Under the pieces are notes generated by a model. It was not told where the DNA came from, did not search any database, and worked only from the letters and a program-made list of their open reading frames with translations. DNA of 64,000 nucleotides from NCBI GenBank assembly GCA_030655515.1, contig JAURVI010000020.1, forward strand, positions 43,597 through 107,596, written 5' to 3'. Source of the DNA: Polaromonas sp. GTDB taxonomy: Bacteria; Pseudomonadota; Gammaproteobacteria; Burkholderiales; Burkholderiaceae_C. A program made the position numbers and the translations under genes. Below, piece by piece: positions 9,128 to 19,505 of the stretch; the first letter of the stretch is position 1, and every line of letters starts with the position of its first letter.

Positions 9128-10005
9128 CACCTGATCTTCTTGAGCAAGGCGCGGCGCGCATTGAAAAACGCCGGGCCGCGCTGGAAGCCGGCAAGTCCAA
9201 CACCGAATCCGGCGGACGCAACGCAAGCACGGGCCGCATCGCCACGCCGGGCGAAGTGGACGTAACCCACGGACGGATTTTGTACCTCGAAGACGTGAGC
9301 GTGAGTTTCGATGGTTTCAAGGCCATCAACAAACTCTCGCTCGACATCGCGCCGGGCGAGCTGCGCTGCATCATCGGCCCCAATGGCGCCGGCAAGACCA
9401 CGATGATGGACATCATCACCGGCAAGACCCGGCCCGATGAGGGCACGGTGTTTTTTGGCAGCACGATCAACCTGCTGCGCCATACCGAACCGCAGATCGC
9501 CCAACTCGGCATAGGCCGAAAGTTCCAGAAGCCCACGGTGTTCGAGCAACTCACGGTGTTTGAAAACCTCGAGCTCGCGCTCAAGACCAACAAGGGCGTG
9601 AAGTCGTCCATGTTCTTCCAGTTGGACTCGGCGCAAAGCGACCGCCTCGCCGAGATCCTGGTGACGATTCACCTGGCCGACAGCGTGGGCCGCCTGGCCG
9701 GCAACCTGAGCCATGGGCAGAAGCAGTGGCTGGAGATCGGCATGCTCTTGACACAGGACCCCAAGCTGCTGCTGCTTGACGAGCCGGTGGCGGGCATGAC
9801 CGACGAGGAGACTGCGCGCACCGCCGAGCTCTTCCTGACTTTGAAGGGCAAACATTCGCTGATGGTGGTGGAACATGACATGAGTTTCATCCGCACGATT
9901 TCTGAAATCGTCACGGTGCTGTGTGACGGTGCTGTGCTGGCGCAGGGGACGCTGGATCAGGTGCAGGCGGATGAACGGGTGATAGAGGTTTATCTTGGAC
10001 GTTGA
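9124..10005 (+). CDS. urtD: Urea ABC transporter ATP-binding protein
   Basis: GPNGAGKTT, GRKFQKPTVF, LSHGQKQWLEIGM; ATG overlaps the urtC stop. Confidence 0.95.
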   Translation: MTPDLLEQGAARIEKRRAALEAGKSNTESGGRNASTGRIATPGEVDVTHGRILYLEDVSVSFDGFKAINKLSLDIAPGELRCIIGPNGAGKTTMMDIITGKTRPDEGTVFFGSTINLLRHTEPQIAQLGIGRKFQKPTVFEQLTVFENLELALKTNKGVKSSMFFQLDSAQSDRLAEILVTIHLADSVGRLAGNLSHGQKQWLEIGMLLTQDPKLLLLDEPVAGMTDEETARTAELFLTLKGKHSLMVVEHDMSFIRTISEIVTVLCDGAVLAQGTLDQVQADERVIEVYLGR

Positions 10006-10054
10006 GTTCATTGCTGCCCCTGGCGAGGTAGTTGAAGCTTCGGTGGTTTGCCGA

Positions 10055-10579
10055 CAAGCCGGGGGTTGCCCGGCGGCAACTTACTTTCTTTTGCTTCGCC
10101 AAAAGAAAGTAAGCAAAGAAAAGGCGACCCCGCTGCCTGCGTCCCCTGCGCTGCGCTCCGGGGCAACCTGCGGTGCTCGGTCCAGCCGGGGTCGAGCTCG
10201 AACTCGCTGCGCTCAGACAATCGCTCGTCCTGATCCGGCTGGACCTGCGCTCCTCGGCGCAGTCAGAAGGGGTGGGGTCGAGATCGGGAGCGCAATCGGG
10301 CTCCGGCAAGGACGCGCAAAGCGCGTCCTTGCCTCCCCGCATCCGCATTCGTTCCTCCACCCCGTCGGGCTGGGCCGAGGAGCGCAGGCAAAAGCGGATC
10401 AGGGCTCGCGATTGTCTGAGCCGAAGGCGAGTTCGAGCGAGACCCCGCTTTTGGCGAGCACCGCAGGTTGCCCGCAGCGAAGCGGAGGGACCCAGACCAT
10501 CGGGTCGCCTTTCTTTTCCTTAGGTTTCTTTGGCGAAGCAAAGAAAAGTAAGTCGCCCGCCGGGGCGAGACCCGGCTTG
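10055..10579. repeat. 525-bp imperfect palindromic element (REPIN/MITE-like) between urtD and urtE
   Basis: Arms pair end to end: CAAGCCGGG...TTGCTTCGCCAAA...AGGCGACCC with GGGTCGCCT...TTTGGCGAAGCAA...CCCGGCTTG; GCAACCTGCGGTGCTCG with CGAGCACCGCAGGTTGC; central hairpin GGCAAGGACGCGC-AAA-GCGCGTCCTTGCC. Confidence 0.85.
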
Positions 10580-10632
10580 CAGGCGCACCGCAGCACTTTC
10601 GACTTCACCACAAGCCTGACGAGAGTCACCCC

Positions 10633-11325
10633 ATGCTGACTGTCAAAAACATCAACCAGTATTACGGCGGCTCCCACATCCTGCGCGACGTGAGCCTGGA
10701 AGCCCACCTCGGCAAGGTCACCGTGCTGCTGGGCCGCAACGGCGTTGGCAAAACCACGCTGCTCAAGTCGCTGATGGGCCTGGTCCCCATCAAGACCGGC
10801 ACGATTGAATTTGACGGGAAACAAATTCAGAATGCCACCCCCTATGAACGCGCAAGAGCCGGCATAGGTTTCGTGCCCCAGGGCCGCGAGATCTTCGCCC
10901 GCCTGACGGTCGAGGAAAACTTGGCGATGGGCCTGGCCTGCAAGAGCGCCCGCACGCCGGTGCCAGGCGAGCTGTATGAACTGTTTCCGGTGCTCAGGCA
11001 GATGCTGCACCGGCGAGGGGGCGACCTGTCGGGCGGGCAGCAGCAGCAACTGGCGATTGCCCGTGCGCTGGCGGCCCAACCCAAGCTGCTGATTCTGGAC
11101 GAACCGACCGAAGGCATTCAGCCCAGCATCATCAAGGACATCGGCCGGGTGATCCGTATGCTGGCCGACCGGGGCGACATGGCGATTTTGCTGGTGGAGC
11201 AGTACTACGACTTTGCCTCGGCCCTGGCCGACGACTACCTGGTGATGGAGCGCGGCGAATTTATCGCGCGTGGCCTGGGCAAGGATATGCAAGCCAACAG
11301 GGTGCGCCAGCTCGTCGCCATTTAG
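10633..11325 (+). CDS. urtE: Urea ABC transporter ATP-binding protein
   Basis: [45 protein letters not shown]. Confidence 0.95.
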   Translation: MLTVKNINQYYGGSHILRDVSLEAHLGKVTVLLGRNGVGKTTLLKSLMGLVPIKTGTIEFDGKQIQNATPYERARAGIGFVPQGREIFARLTVEENLAMGLACKSARTPVPGELYELFPVLRQMLHRRGGDLSGGQQQQLAIARALAAQPKLLILDEPTEGIQPSIIKDIGRVIRMLADRGDMAILLVEQYYDFASALADDYLVMERGEFIARGLGKDMQANRVRQLVAI

Positions 11326-11357
11326 GCAGACTGGCTGCCCGGGGTTATAGCGGCTGC

Positions 11358-12557
11358 TTACTTCGACCGGAAAATAATCTCTTTCATGCGCTCAAGCTTG
11401 GGCGACACCACGGGCACCGTCAGCATGGTGCTGGCAATCGCCATCAACAACAAGGCGGTGAAAGTCTCGCTGGTGATGATGCCTTTGTCCAGCAGGATGT
11501 TGGCAAAAATAATCATGATCAGGGCTTTGGTCTGCAGCAGCCAGCCAATGATTGAACTCTCGCCCGGTGCCCAGCGGAGCAATTTGCCGGCGATGTGAAT
11601 TCCTACCAGTTTTCCCGCCACCGAGGCGACGAGCAACACGCCGGCGGCAACAAACACCGCCTCACCGCCCAGCGTCCAGTTGGTGCGCAAGCCGGTGCTG
11701 AGGAAAAACACCGGCATCATCACCAGCAACACATGGTGGCGCAGCAAATCCACATGTTCCTGGTTGAACCACTCGCCGTCCATGATGGCGCCCGCCAGAA
11801 ATGCACCAACCATGAAGTGCAGGCCCGCCCAGTCGGCCCCCAAGCTGCAGACAATCAGCCAGATCAGGCCGGCGTGCCAGCGATCCCGCTCGGGCAACCG
11901 CAGCATGAGTTTTCGGAAAGCGTAGCCAAGGGCCGCGAAAGCCGCCAAAAATGCAGCCTGTTTGCCGACGCGCTGCCAGTCCATCAGGATGAGGGCGAGC
12001 ACGCCCCAGATCGCAATGTCGTCCAGGCTGGCATAACGCAGGATGCGTTGGCCGATGGGCTGGCGCAGGATGGCCAGCTTTTCCATCAGCAAAATCAGGA
12101 TCGGCAGCGCGGTGACGGCGCAGGCCATGCCCACGCCCATGACAAACTGCCAGCGGGTCGCCAGCGGCCCCATCCAGCCCTCGTCCATCAACATGCCGGC
12201 GGCGGCCGCACAACCAAACAGGAGCGGCGCGCCAAGCGCCAGGCCGGCGGTGATGCTGCTCTCGCGCCGGTGCATCCAGGCTTTTTTCAGATCGAGCTCG
12301 ATGCCGGCGATCCAGACAAAAACCATCACCGCCCACCAGGCAATGCCGTTCAGGGACTGGACGACCGGCGCGCTGAAGACAAACGCGTAATAGTCCGGAA
12401 ATATCTTTCCCAGGATGCCGGGCCCCAGCAAGATGCCGGCAATGATCTGAACCACCACCAACGGCGCGTAGTAGTCGGTTTTGCCGACCCGCCAGATCAG
12501 GTAGGGCACGGTAAAAATGATCGCCATGGCGATCAGGTAGACCTCGGTCGTTGACAT
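11358..12557 (-). CDS. Cation:proton antiporter (CPA2/Kef-type membrane domain)
   Basis: Multi-TM protein; GILLGP, TALPIL, ASLDD, GAFLAG, PVFFLSTGL. Confidence 0.88.
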   Translation of the reverse strand: MSTTEVYLIAMAIIFTVPYLIWRVGKTDYYAPLVVVQIIAGILLGPGILGKIFPDYYAFVFSAPVVQSLNGIAWWAVMVFVWIAGIELDLKKAWMHRRESSITAGLALGAPLLFGCAAAAGMLMDEGWMGPLATRWQFVMGVGMACAVTALPILILLMEKLAILRQPIGQRILRYASLDDIAIWGVLALILMDWQRVGKQAAFLAAFAALGYAFRKLMLRLPERDRWHAGLIWLIVCSLGADWAGLHFMVGAFLAGAIMDGEWFNQEHVDLLRHHVLLVMMPVFFLSTGLRTNWTLGGEAVFVAAGVLLVASVAGKLVGIHIAGKLLRWAPGESSIIGWLLQTKALIMIIFANILLDKGIITSETFTALLLMAIASTMLTVPVVSPKLERMKEIIFRSK

Positions 12558-12603
12558 TGCGGCAGGCGTGGCTTTTCTGCGTTTTATAGAGACGGGCCCG
12601 CTC

Positions 12604-13410
12604 CTAGCGCCGCGGCGCCTGGTACAGCGGCATCACCGTCGGCAACAAGGCCTGGATTTGCTGCACGCGGCTGCTGTCGCTGGGGTGGCTGCTCAAAAAA
12701 TCGGGCGCGCCGGCGCCGCTGCCTGCGCTGCCCATTTTTTGCCACAGGCTCACGCCGGCCTGCGGGTTGTAGCCTGCCCGCGCCGTCAGCTCAAGGCCGA
12801 TGCGGTCGGCCTCGGCTTCATGAGCGCGGCTAAAACGCGTGGCCACCAGCGCGTCGTAGGCGGCCCCGGTCAGTTGCGCTGCACCACCACCCAGGCCGAG
12901 CAACTGGCTGCCAAGGCTGATCGCGGCCTGGGCGGCTACCGCCTGGGACACCTGCTCACGCGAATGCTCGCGCAAGGCGTGGGCGATTTCATGCCCCATC
13001 ACCACGGCAATTTCTTCATCGCTGAGATGGAGTTTGCGAATCAGGCCCGTGTAGAACATGATTTTTCCGCCGGGCATGCAGAAGGCATTGAGCTGATCGC
13101 TCTCGATGAGGTTGACCTCCCACTGCCAGCGCGGCGCGTCGCCGCGGAAGACGGCTGTTTGGGGCTGAATGCGTGCGGCCACAGCGCGAACACGTCCCAG
13201 CATGGCCGCGTCGGTATTGAGTGCCCCCTTGGCCGCGGCCCCTGCTTTGAGCTTGGCATAACCCTGCGCAGCCATCTGCTCGAGTTCTTCCGAAGACACC
13301 AGCAGCAGTTGAGCACGTGACGCCCCGACGGAACCGCCCTGCGTGGTGCTGGCGCATCCGGTGAACAACAGGATGACGGCCGCCAGGGCAGGGATCAGAA
13401 AGGTTTTCAT
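12604..13410 (-). CDS. M48-family zinc metallopeptidase lipoprotein
   Basis: Lipobox FTGC; NAFCMPGGK, HEIAH, EAEADRIG, FLSSHP. Confidence 0.92.
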   Translation of the reverse strand: MKTFLIPALAAVILLFTGCASTTQGGSVGASRAQLLLVSSEELEQMAAQGYAKLKAGAAAKGALNTDAAMLGRVRAVAARIQPQTAVFRGDAPRWQWEVNLIESDQLNAFCMPGGKIMFYTGLIRKLHLSDEEIAVVMGHEIAHALREHSREQVSQAVAAQAAISLGSQLLGLGGGAAQLTGAAYDALVATRFSRAHEAEADRIGLELTARAGYNPQAGVSLWQKMGSAGSGAGAPDFLSSHPSDSSRVQQIQALLPTVMPLYQAPRR

Positions 13411-13549
13411 GAGTGTCTCGCAGATCAATGTTGGAGGGAGCCAATGCCGACCCCTGATTTTGCGCCGCTGGCGCCTGCGCCCAGTAGGACGGGCGATGAA
13501 AACAGTGTAGGCGAAACAGAACAAGACAACCTCAGACGCCACACCCGGC

Positions 13550-14380
13550 TCACACAGACCAGATGCGCGGGCTGGGCGCAGCTTTTTCCCAGAAATGACG
13601 GCGCCACACCTTCCAGACCTGTTTCATCAAGTCCATCGCCGGTTCGACCAGAGGCGCCAGCGCGCGCAGCACAAGGACCTGTGCATCGGGACTGGTGGCG
13701 CCGGCGGCATGGCGCAGCGGGTGCGCCTCCAGCACTTGCCGTGCCAGGTCCAGCGCAAGCTGGCGGCGGTTGCGTTCGAGTTTGCTGCCCGTGACAAAAA
13801 ACAGGGTGGCGATGCAGCGCCGTCCGGCCAGGCCCAGCGGACTGTTCATCAACAGGGTGTCATCGGCGTGGATGCGCGCGCGTTCCAGCCAGACCCCGGG
13901 CATTTCAAGGTGCTGGCAAAAACTGCCTTGCGCAAAGGGCTGGTTGGCAGCAGGCAGGCCGAGCGCGGTCACGTCCCAGCCCATCAGTTCGGCGCCGGGC
14001 GCCAGCTCCAGCGTCAGATGGTTTTCGGCCAGGCAGCCGCTGTAGCACAGTGCTTCCATCGGCAGCCATTCGGCGCGTGCGCCGGCTTCGAGTCGGATGC
14101 TTGTGTGCTGCAAGGCGGTGTCGCCCAGCGATTCGTAAAAACGCGTGGCGCCGGGCGTGGTGATCAAGCCGTGGCTGCCTGGCGCGGCGGTGACCGCGAT
14201 AGCGAGTGTGTCGCCGCCGACCAGGCCGCCCGGCGGGTGTACCAGCACGTTGTGGCACACGGCGTCGCCTTCGGGGTAAAGGCTTTGCAAAATGCGCAAC
14301 GGGCCGTCGTGGCGGAAGCGGGCGATGGTTTTGCCGGCCTGCAAGGTGTAGTCCAGTGAGAGCGTCGCGTTCCAGGCCAT
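13550..14380 (-). CDS. ureD: Urease accessory protein UreD
   Basis: GPLRILQSLYPEG, HPPGGLVGGD, TTPGATRFY, PRIW C-terminus. Confidence 0.93.
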   Translation of the reverse strand: MAWNATLSLDYTLQAGKTIARFRHDGPLRILQSLYPEGDAVCHNVLVHPPGGLVGGDTLAIAVTAAPGSHGLITTPGATRFYESLGDTALQHTSIRLEAGARAEWLPMEALCYSGCLAENHLTLELAPGAELMGWDVTALGLPAANQPFAQGSFCQHLEMPGVWLERARIHADDTLLMNSPLGLAGRRCIATLFFVTGSKLERNRRQLALDLARQVLEAHPLRHAAGATSPDAQVLVLRALAPLVEPAMDLMKQVWKVWRRHFWEKAAPSPRIWSV

Positions 14381-14423
14381 GATCGAGTTTAAGCCGGCGT
14401 CTGCCCGCGTCAGGTTATCAAGA

Positions 14424-14466
14424 AGCTATCAAATTAATAGCTGTTTGCGCATATTTTGTAAGGGCT
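14424..14466. repeat. Short AT-rich interspersed palindromic repeat
   Basis: AGCTATCAAATTAATAGCT palindrome followed by GTTTGCGCATATTTTGTAAGGGCT; resembles a repeat recalled as abundant in Comamonadaceae. Confidence 0.6.
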
Positions 14467-17078
14467 CAGGCAACGACAGGCTGATTCACGTTCCTGACTT
14501 CCTTCACGCGCTCGGCCAGATGCGCCAGCGCTTCCTGCACCTGATCGACCAGGATCAGACACAAATCTCCGGGCTGCAGGCGCGCCAGCGCGGTGTCGAT
14601 CGCCAGAAACTCGCCGCGGATTTCGTCGATACGGGTGGTCCGGCTGGCCTTGTTCAATCCTTCCAGGCCTTCGCGCAGCAGGCCCATCACCTCGCCGTCG
14701 GCACGCCCGCGCTGGGCGGCGTCCTGGTAGAGGATCATGTCGTCAAAGGCTTTGCCCAGAATCGCGGTCTGCTCGCGGAGGTCGCTGTCGCGCCGGTCGC
14801 CGGCGCCGCTGATGACCACGCTGCGGCTTTGCCCGGGTGTTGCCGGCATGGCGTCCACCGCGGCCACCAGCGCGCGCATCGCGTCCGGGTTGTGGCCGTA
14901 GTCGGCAATGACGGTGGCGCCGCGGTAGTCCATCACGTTGAAGCGGCCCGGCGCATTGTGCGCATCGCCGACAAAGCTGGTCAACCCGCTTTTCAAGGTA
15001 TCCCAGGGCACGCCGACGGCCCAGGCGGCGGCCAGTGCGGCCATCACGTTTTCGACCTGAAAACCGATGCTGCCGCCGCGCGTCAGGGGAATGCCGTGCA
15101 GCGGCACATGTTCGCGCCACGCGCCTTCGGCGGCGACCAGCGCGGCGCCTTCCACGTAGACGGTGCGTTTGCCCTGGGCCCGGTGGGTGGCCATCAGCGG
15201 GTGGTGCCGGTCAGCGGCGAAAAATATCACGTTGCCGGGGCAGGCGGCGGCCATCGCGGCGACGAGGGGGTCGGCCGCGTTCAGCACCGCATAGCCGGTG
15301 GGGGCGACGTTTTGCACAATCACGCGCTTGAGCGCGGCCAGGTCTTGCACCGTGGTGATGTGGTTCAGGCCCAGGTGGTCGCCGCTGCCGATGTTGGTGA
15401 CCACCGCGACCTGGCAGCGGTCAAACCCCAGACCTTCGCGCAGCACGCCGCCGCGCGCCACTTCAAACACGGCGGCGTCCACGTCGGGGTGCATCAGCAC
15501 GTTGCGGGCGCTCTTCGGCCCACTGCAGTCGCCGCTGTCGGTCTGGCGGCCGTTGACCCAGACGCCGTCGGTGTTGGTCATGCCGCAGCGCAGGCCGCTG
15601 GCGGTCAGCAGATGCGAGATCAGGCGCGTCGTGGTGGTCTTGCCATTGGTGCCGGTCACGGCCACCACCGGCACGCGGCCGTCGTCGCCCGGCGCAAACA
15701 GCTCGTTGATGATTGCGCCGCCCACGGCGCGGCCCTTGCCGTAAGACGGCGACAGGTGCATGCGCAGGCCCGGCGCGGCGTTGACTTCGACCACGCCGCC
15801 GTGTTGCGCTTCGAGCGGACGCAGCACGCTTTCGCAGACCACGTCAACGCCGCAGACGTGCAGGCCCACCATCTGCGCCGCGGCCACCGCGCGTGCCGCG
15901 ACTTCGGGGTGTACATCATCGGTCACATCGGTGGCGGTGCCGCCGGTGCTCAGGTTGGCGTTGTTGCGCAAAACGACGCGGTGGCCGCGCGCCGGAATCG
16001 ATTCGGGCGTGAGGCCCTGCACGCTCAGGCGCGCCACGGCGATGTCGTCAAAGCGGATTTTGGTCAACGACGTGGCATGGCCTTCGCCGCGGTGCGGGTC
16101 CTGGTTGACGATCTCGACCAGCTCGCGCACCGTGTGCAGGCCGTCGCCCAGCACTTGGGGCGGGTCGCGCCGCGAGGCCGCCACCAGCTTGCTGCCAACC
16201 ACCAGCAGGCGGAAGTCGTTGCCGGGCAAAAATTTCTCCACCATGACGGTGCCGTGTTCGGCCGCCGCGCGGAAGGCGATGTCGAGGTGATCGCGCGTCA
16301 CGATGTTGACGGTGACGCCCTTGCCCTGGTTGCCGTCCCGCGGCTTGAGCACGACCGGTAGGCCGATTCTCCGGGCCGCGGCCCAGGCTTCATCGGCATC
16401 GGCGACCGGCTGGCCGATAGGGGCCGGCACGCCGGCGGCGAGCAGCAGTTTTTTCGTCAGGTCCTTGTCCTGGGCGATGGATTCAGCCACCGCGCTGGTG
16501 GTGTCCAGCTCGGCAGCCTGGATGCGGCGCTGGCGCGCGCCCCAGCCGAACTGCACCAGGCTGCCCTTGGTCAGGCGCTTGTAGGGAATGCCGCGCGCGA
16601 CCGCCGCATCGACAATGGCGCCGGTGCTCGGCCCCAGGCGCTCGTCCTCGTTGAGATTGCGCAACTGCGTGATCGCCGCTTCGACGTCAAAGCCGGATTC
16701 GTTGAGTGCGGCATGCACCAGGGCTTGCGCCAGCACCAGCGCCAGGCGGCCGACGGCCTCTTCGCTGTACTCGACCACGGTCTGGTAGACACCGTCCTCC
16801 AGCGTGGCGGCCGTTTGGCTGAAGGTGACGGGACAGCCGGCGTTGGCCTGCAGCGCGAGCGCGGCCGACTCCAGCACATGGGCCAGCGATACCGGCCCGG
16901 TGTGGCCGCCCGGACGCAGCGCGCCTATGGCCGGAAACAGCGAGCGCACATGCGGCTCAAAGCCGGGCAGAGTGTCGATGGAGCGCTCTGCCTCGGTGCA
17001 GGCGATGATGGCTTCAAGCGCCGTGTGGCGGCTCCAGAGGTTGGGGCCGCGCAGCGCGCGGATGCGGGAAACTTTCAT
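14466..17078 (-). CDS. cphA: Cyanophycin synthetase
   Basis: ALRGPNLWS, RLGPSTGAIV, ATP-grasp KPRDGNQGKGV, NANLSTGG, EVNAAPGLRMH, Mur-ligase domain VTGTNGKTTT, DYGHN. Confidence 0.96.
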   Translation of the reverse strand: MKVSRIRALRGPNLWSRHTALEAIIACTEAERSIDTLPGFEPHVRSLFPAIGALRPGGHTGPVSLAHVLESAALALQANAGCPVTFSQTAATLEDGVYQTVVEYSEEAVGRLALVLAQALVHAALNESGFDVEAAITQLRNLNEDERLGPSTGAIVDAAVARGIPYKRLTKGSLVQFGWGARQRRIQAAELDTTSAVAESIAQDKDLTKKLLLAAGVPAPIGQPVADADEAWAAARRIGLPVVLKPRDGNQGKGVTVNIVTRDHLDIAFRAAAEHGTVMVEKFLPGNDFRLLVVGSKLVAASRRDPPQVLGDGLHTVRELVEIVNQDPHRGEGHATSLTKIRFDDIAVARLSVQGLTPESIPARGHRVVLRNNANLSTGGTATDVTDDVHPEVAARAVAAAQMVGLHVCGVDVVCESVLRPLEAQHGGVVEVNAAPGLRMHLSPSYGKGRAVGGAIINELFAPGDDGRVPVVAVTGTNGKTTTTRLISHLLTASGLRCGMTNTDGVWVNGRQTDSGDCSGPKSARNVLMHPDVDAAVFEVARGGVLREGLGFDRCQVAVVTNIGSGDHLGLNHITTVQDLAALKRVIVQNVAPTGYAVLNAADPLVAAMAAACPGNVIFFAADRHHPLMATHRAQGKRTVYVEGAALVAAEGAWREHVPLHGIPLTRGGSIGFQVENVMAALAAAWAVGVPWDTLKSGLTSFVGDAHNAPGRFNVMDYRGATVIADYGHNPDAMRALVAAVDAMPATPGQSRSVVISGAGDRRDSDLREQTAILGKAFDDMILYQDAAQRGRADGEVMGLLREGLEGLNKASRTTRIDEIRGEFLAIDTALARLQPGDLCLILVDQVQEALAHLAERVKEVRNVNQPVVA

Positions 17079-19288
17079 CAGCTTGTCTTTCCGGGCTGGG
17101 TTGGGCTGGATTCAAAGGCTTCGATGCCTGCGCCAATCAGGTTGAGCGCAATGCCGAGCGCCCACGCGGCCGCTATCGCGGCGAGCAGACTGTCTTCGGC
17201 GGTGGGGGCATGGCGGCCTTGCCAGACCGCGAGTTTGTCCAGGCCCGGCAAAAAGGCTTCGCTGGCGCCGTTGGCCAACACGACCTGGCCCTGGCGAACA
17301 AACACCGCCCGGCCGCCGCTGTCCAGGTGCGCGGCGATGGCGGCCAGCGTCGGGTCGGTGGCATAAAAAATCACTTCACCGTCGCACAGACCGGCCATGT
17401 TGACGATGGCCGGATGCGCTGCGTTGAGCACGGCCACGCCATCGGACAGCACCGCATCGACCTGCGCGCGCATGACCCGCAACATCGGCTCTTCGTCGAA
17501 GATGTCGAACTCGCCCAGCGCTTCGGCGCCCTCCAGGTCGGTGACCACGCCGACCTGGCAACGGTCGTAGGCCAGGCCGCTGCGCAAAATCGTGTCGGCG
17601 CCGTTTTCAAACACGGCGGCCTGCACCGCGCGGTTGATCAGCAGGCGTTGGCCGGCTTCCCAACCGGTGCAGTCGCTGGCGTCCAGGCAGCGTCCGCCAA
17701 GAAACAGGCCGCTCTTGCAGGCCAGGCCGGTGTGCCGCCCCGACAGATGCAGCAGCCAGGCCACCAGACGCGCAATGCTTTGCGTACCGACGGAGCCGGC
17801 CACGCCGACCACCGGAATGCGGCCGCTGTGGGTGCTTTCGGGCGTTTCGGGGAAAAGGTGGTCGCAAATGGCGCGGCCAACCGGACGTGGCGCGCCTTCG
17901 GCCGGCTTGAGGTGCATCAGCAGGCCGGGGCCGGCATTGACTTCGACAACGGCACCGCCCTGGGTGTGCAGCGGGCGCGAAATATCCTGCGCGACGACAT
18001 CGACACCGGCGATGTCCAGGCCGACGACGCGGGCGGCGAGGCAGACGAGATGGCCCACGTCGGAATGAACTTCATCGGTGCAGTCGATGGCGACATTGCC
18101 GTTGCGCTGTATCAGCACCTCGCGGCCCGCGGCCGGCACCGACGCCGGGCTCAAGCCCTGGCGCCGCAGCTCCAGCAAAATGGCCGTGTCCGTGTCGACC
18201 CGGATGCGGTTGAGCGGGAAGTCTTCTGCCAGACCGCGCCGCGAATCGGTGTTGAGCTGCGCCTCGACCAGCTCGGCCACGCTGGAGCGGCCATCGCCGG
18301 TGACCGCGGCGATTTCACCGCGTGCCGCGGCGACCAGACGACCACCGACCACCAGCAGCCGGTGCTCATGGCCGCGCACAAAACGCTCGACCATGACCGC
18401 ACTGCCATGCCGCGCGGCGAGATGGAAAGCGGCTTCGATTTGTGCCTGCGTGTTGAGGTCCAGCGAAACACCGCGGCCGTGGTTGCCGTCGGACGGCTTG
18501 ACGGCCACCGGCAGGCCGATCTCCTGCGCGGCGGTCCAGGCGGCCTCCACGCTGTCCACAATTTCGCCCTCGGGCACCGGCACGCCGCAGGAGGCCAGCA
18601 GGCTTTTGGTCAGGTCCTTGTCGCTGGCAATGCCTTCGGCGATGGCGCTGGTCAATTCGGTCTCGGCCGTCCAGATGCGGCGCTGGCTGGCGCCATAACC
18701 GAGCTGCACCAGGTTGCCGTCGTTCAGGCGGATGTGCGGAATGCGCCTGTCCGTCGCGGCGGCGACGATGGACGCCGTGCTGGGGCCGAGGTAACACTCG
18801 TCGACCTTGGCGCGGATGCGGCTGACGGCGGCCTGCAGTTCGGTCCGGTCATAGGCTTCGTTGTTGATGGCGGCCATCAGCAGGCGATGCCCTTCGGCCA
18901 GCGCGCTGCGCGCCACCTGCTCGTCGCGCGCCCGAAAGACCATGCGGTACACCCCGCGCCGCGAGGTGCCGCGGGTCTGGCCAAAGCCGGTGGGCATGTC
19001 GGCCAGGTTCAGCAGCTCGATGACCACATGTTCCAGCACATGGCCGGCCCAGGTGCCTTCGTGCAGGCGCTGGAGAAAACCGCCGCGCTCACCGACACCG
19101 CAGTGGTGTTCCTGCAGGGCCGGCAGCAACGCGACCAGCCGGTCGTTGAAGCCGGGCAGCCGGCTCGATGGCTTGTCTTCCAGGGTACCCAGGTCCAGCC
19201 AGACTTCCAGCACCGCCCGGTAAGTCCAGATGTTGGGGCCACGCAGGTAGTTGATGCGCAGAAGCTCGATATCGTCCTTTTTGCTCAT
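17078..19288 (-). CDS. cphA: Cyanophycin synthetase paralog (CphA', shorter, degenerate Mur-domain P-loop)
   Basis: YLRGPNIWT, LGPSTASIV, KPSDGNHGRGV, EVNAGPGLLMH; P-loop reads VAGSVGTQS. Its stop overlaps the cphA start (TGATG). Confidence 0.92.
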   Translation of the reverse strand: MSKKDDIELLRINYLRGPNIWTYRAVLEVWLDLGTLEDKPSSRLPGFNDRLVALLPALQEHHCGVGERGGFLQRLHEGTWAGHVLEHVVIELLNLADMPTGFGQTRGTSRRGVYRMVFRARDEQVARSALAEGHRLLMAAINNEAYDRTELQAAVSRIRAKVDECYLGPSTASIVAAATDRRIPHIRLNDGNLVQLGYGASQRRIWTAETELTSAIAEGIASDKDLTKSLLASCGVPVPEGEIVDSVEAAWTAAQEIGLPVAVKPSDGNHGRGVSLDLNTQAQIEAAFHLAARHGSAVMVERFVRGHEHRLLVVGGRLVAAARGEIAAVTGDGRSSVAELVEAQLNTDSRRGLAEDFPLNRIRVDTDTAILLELRRQGLSPASVPAAGREVLIQRNGNVAIDCTDEVHSDVGHLVCLAARVVGLDIAGVDVVAQDISRPLHTQGGAVVEVNAGPGLLMHLKPAEGAPRPVGRAICDHLFPETPESTHSGRIPVVGVAGSVGTQSIARLVAWLLHLSGRHTGLACKSGLFLGGRCLDASDCTGWEAGQRLLINRAVQAAVFENGADTILRSGLAYDRCQVGVVTDLEGAEALGEFDIFDEEPMLRVMRAQVDAVLSDGVAVLNAAHPAIVNMAGLCDGEVIFYATDPTLAAIAAHLDSGGRAVFVRQGQVVLANGASEAFLPGLDKLAVWQGRHAPTAEDSLLAAIAAAWALGIALNLIGAGIEAFESSPTQPGKTS

Positions 19289-19505
19289 GTTTTTCTGGAT
19301 TCGGTCAACCGGTCAGGCCGGGGCAACGTTTTTCTGGCAAGCGCCCAAACGGGCGCTTGCGGCTTCTGGTTAATAAAAAACTAAACCAGGTTTTCTGGTC
19401 GGGCTGCTGAACAAGGCATTCGACCAGCCGCCCGGCTTAGGCGAAAATCCTTGCTTTGGCCCCGAAAATCATCAGGGTGCCGGTTTTCACGGCTCCCACC
19501 TCACA

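Noticed and set aside
9911-10639. ORFs of 61-214 aa between urtD and urtE
   Set aside because: They are translations of the palindromic repeat on both strands and carry no protein motifs.
19337-19360. Hairpin GCAAGCGCCC-AAAC-GGGCGCTTGC upstream of cphA' as a riboswitch
   Set aside because: A single stem with no aptamer motif or U-tract; insufficient evidence.
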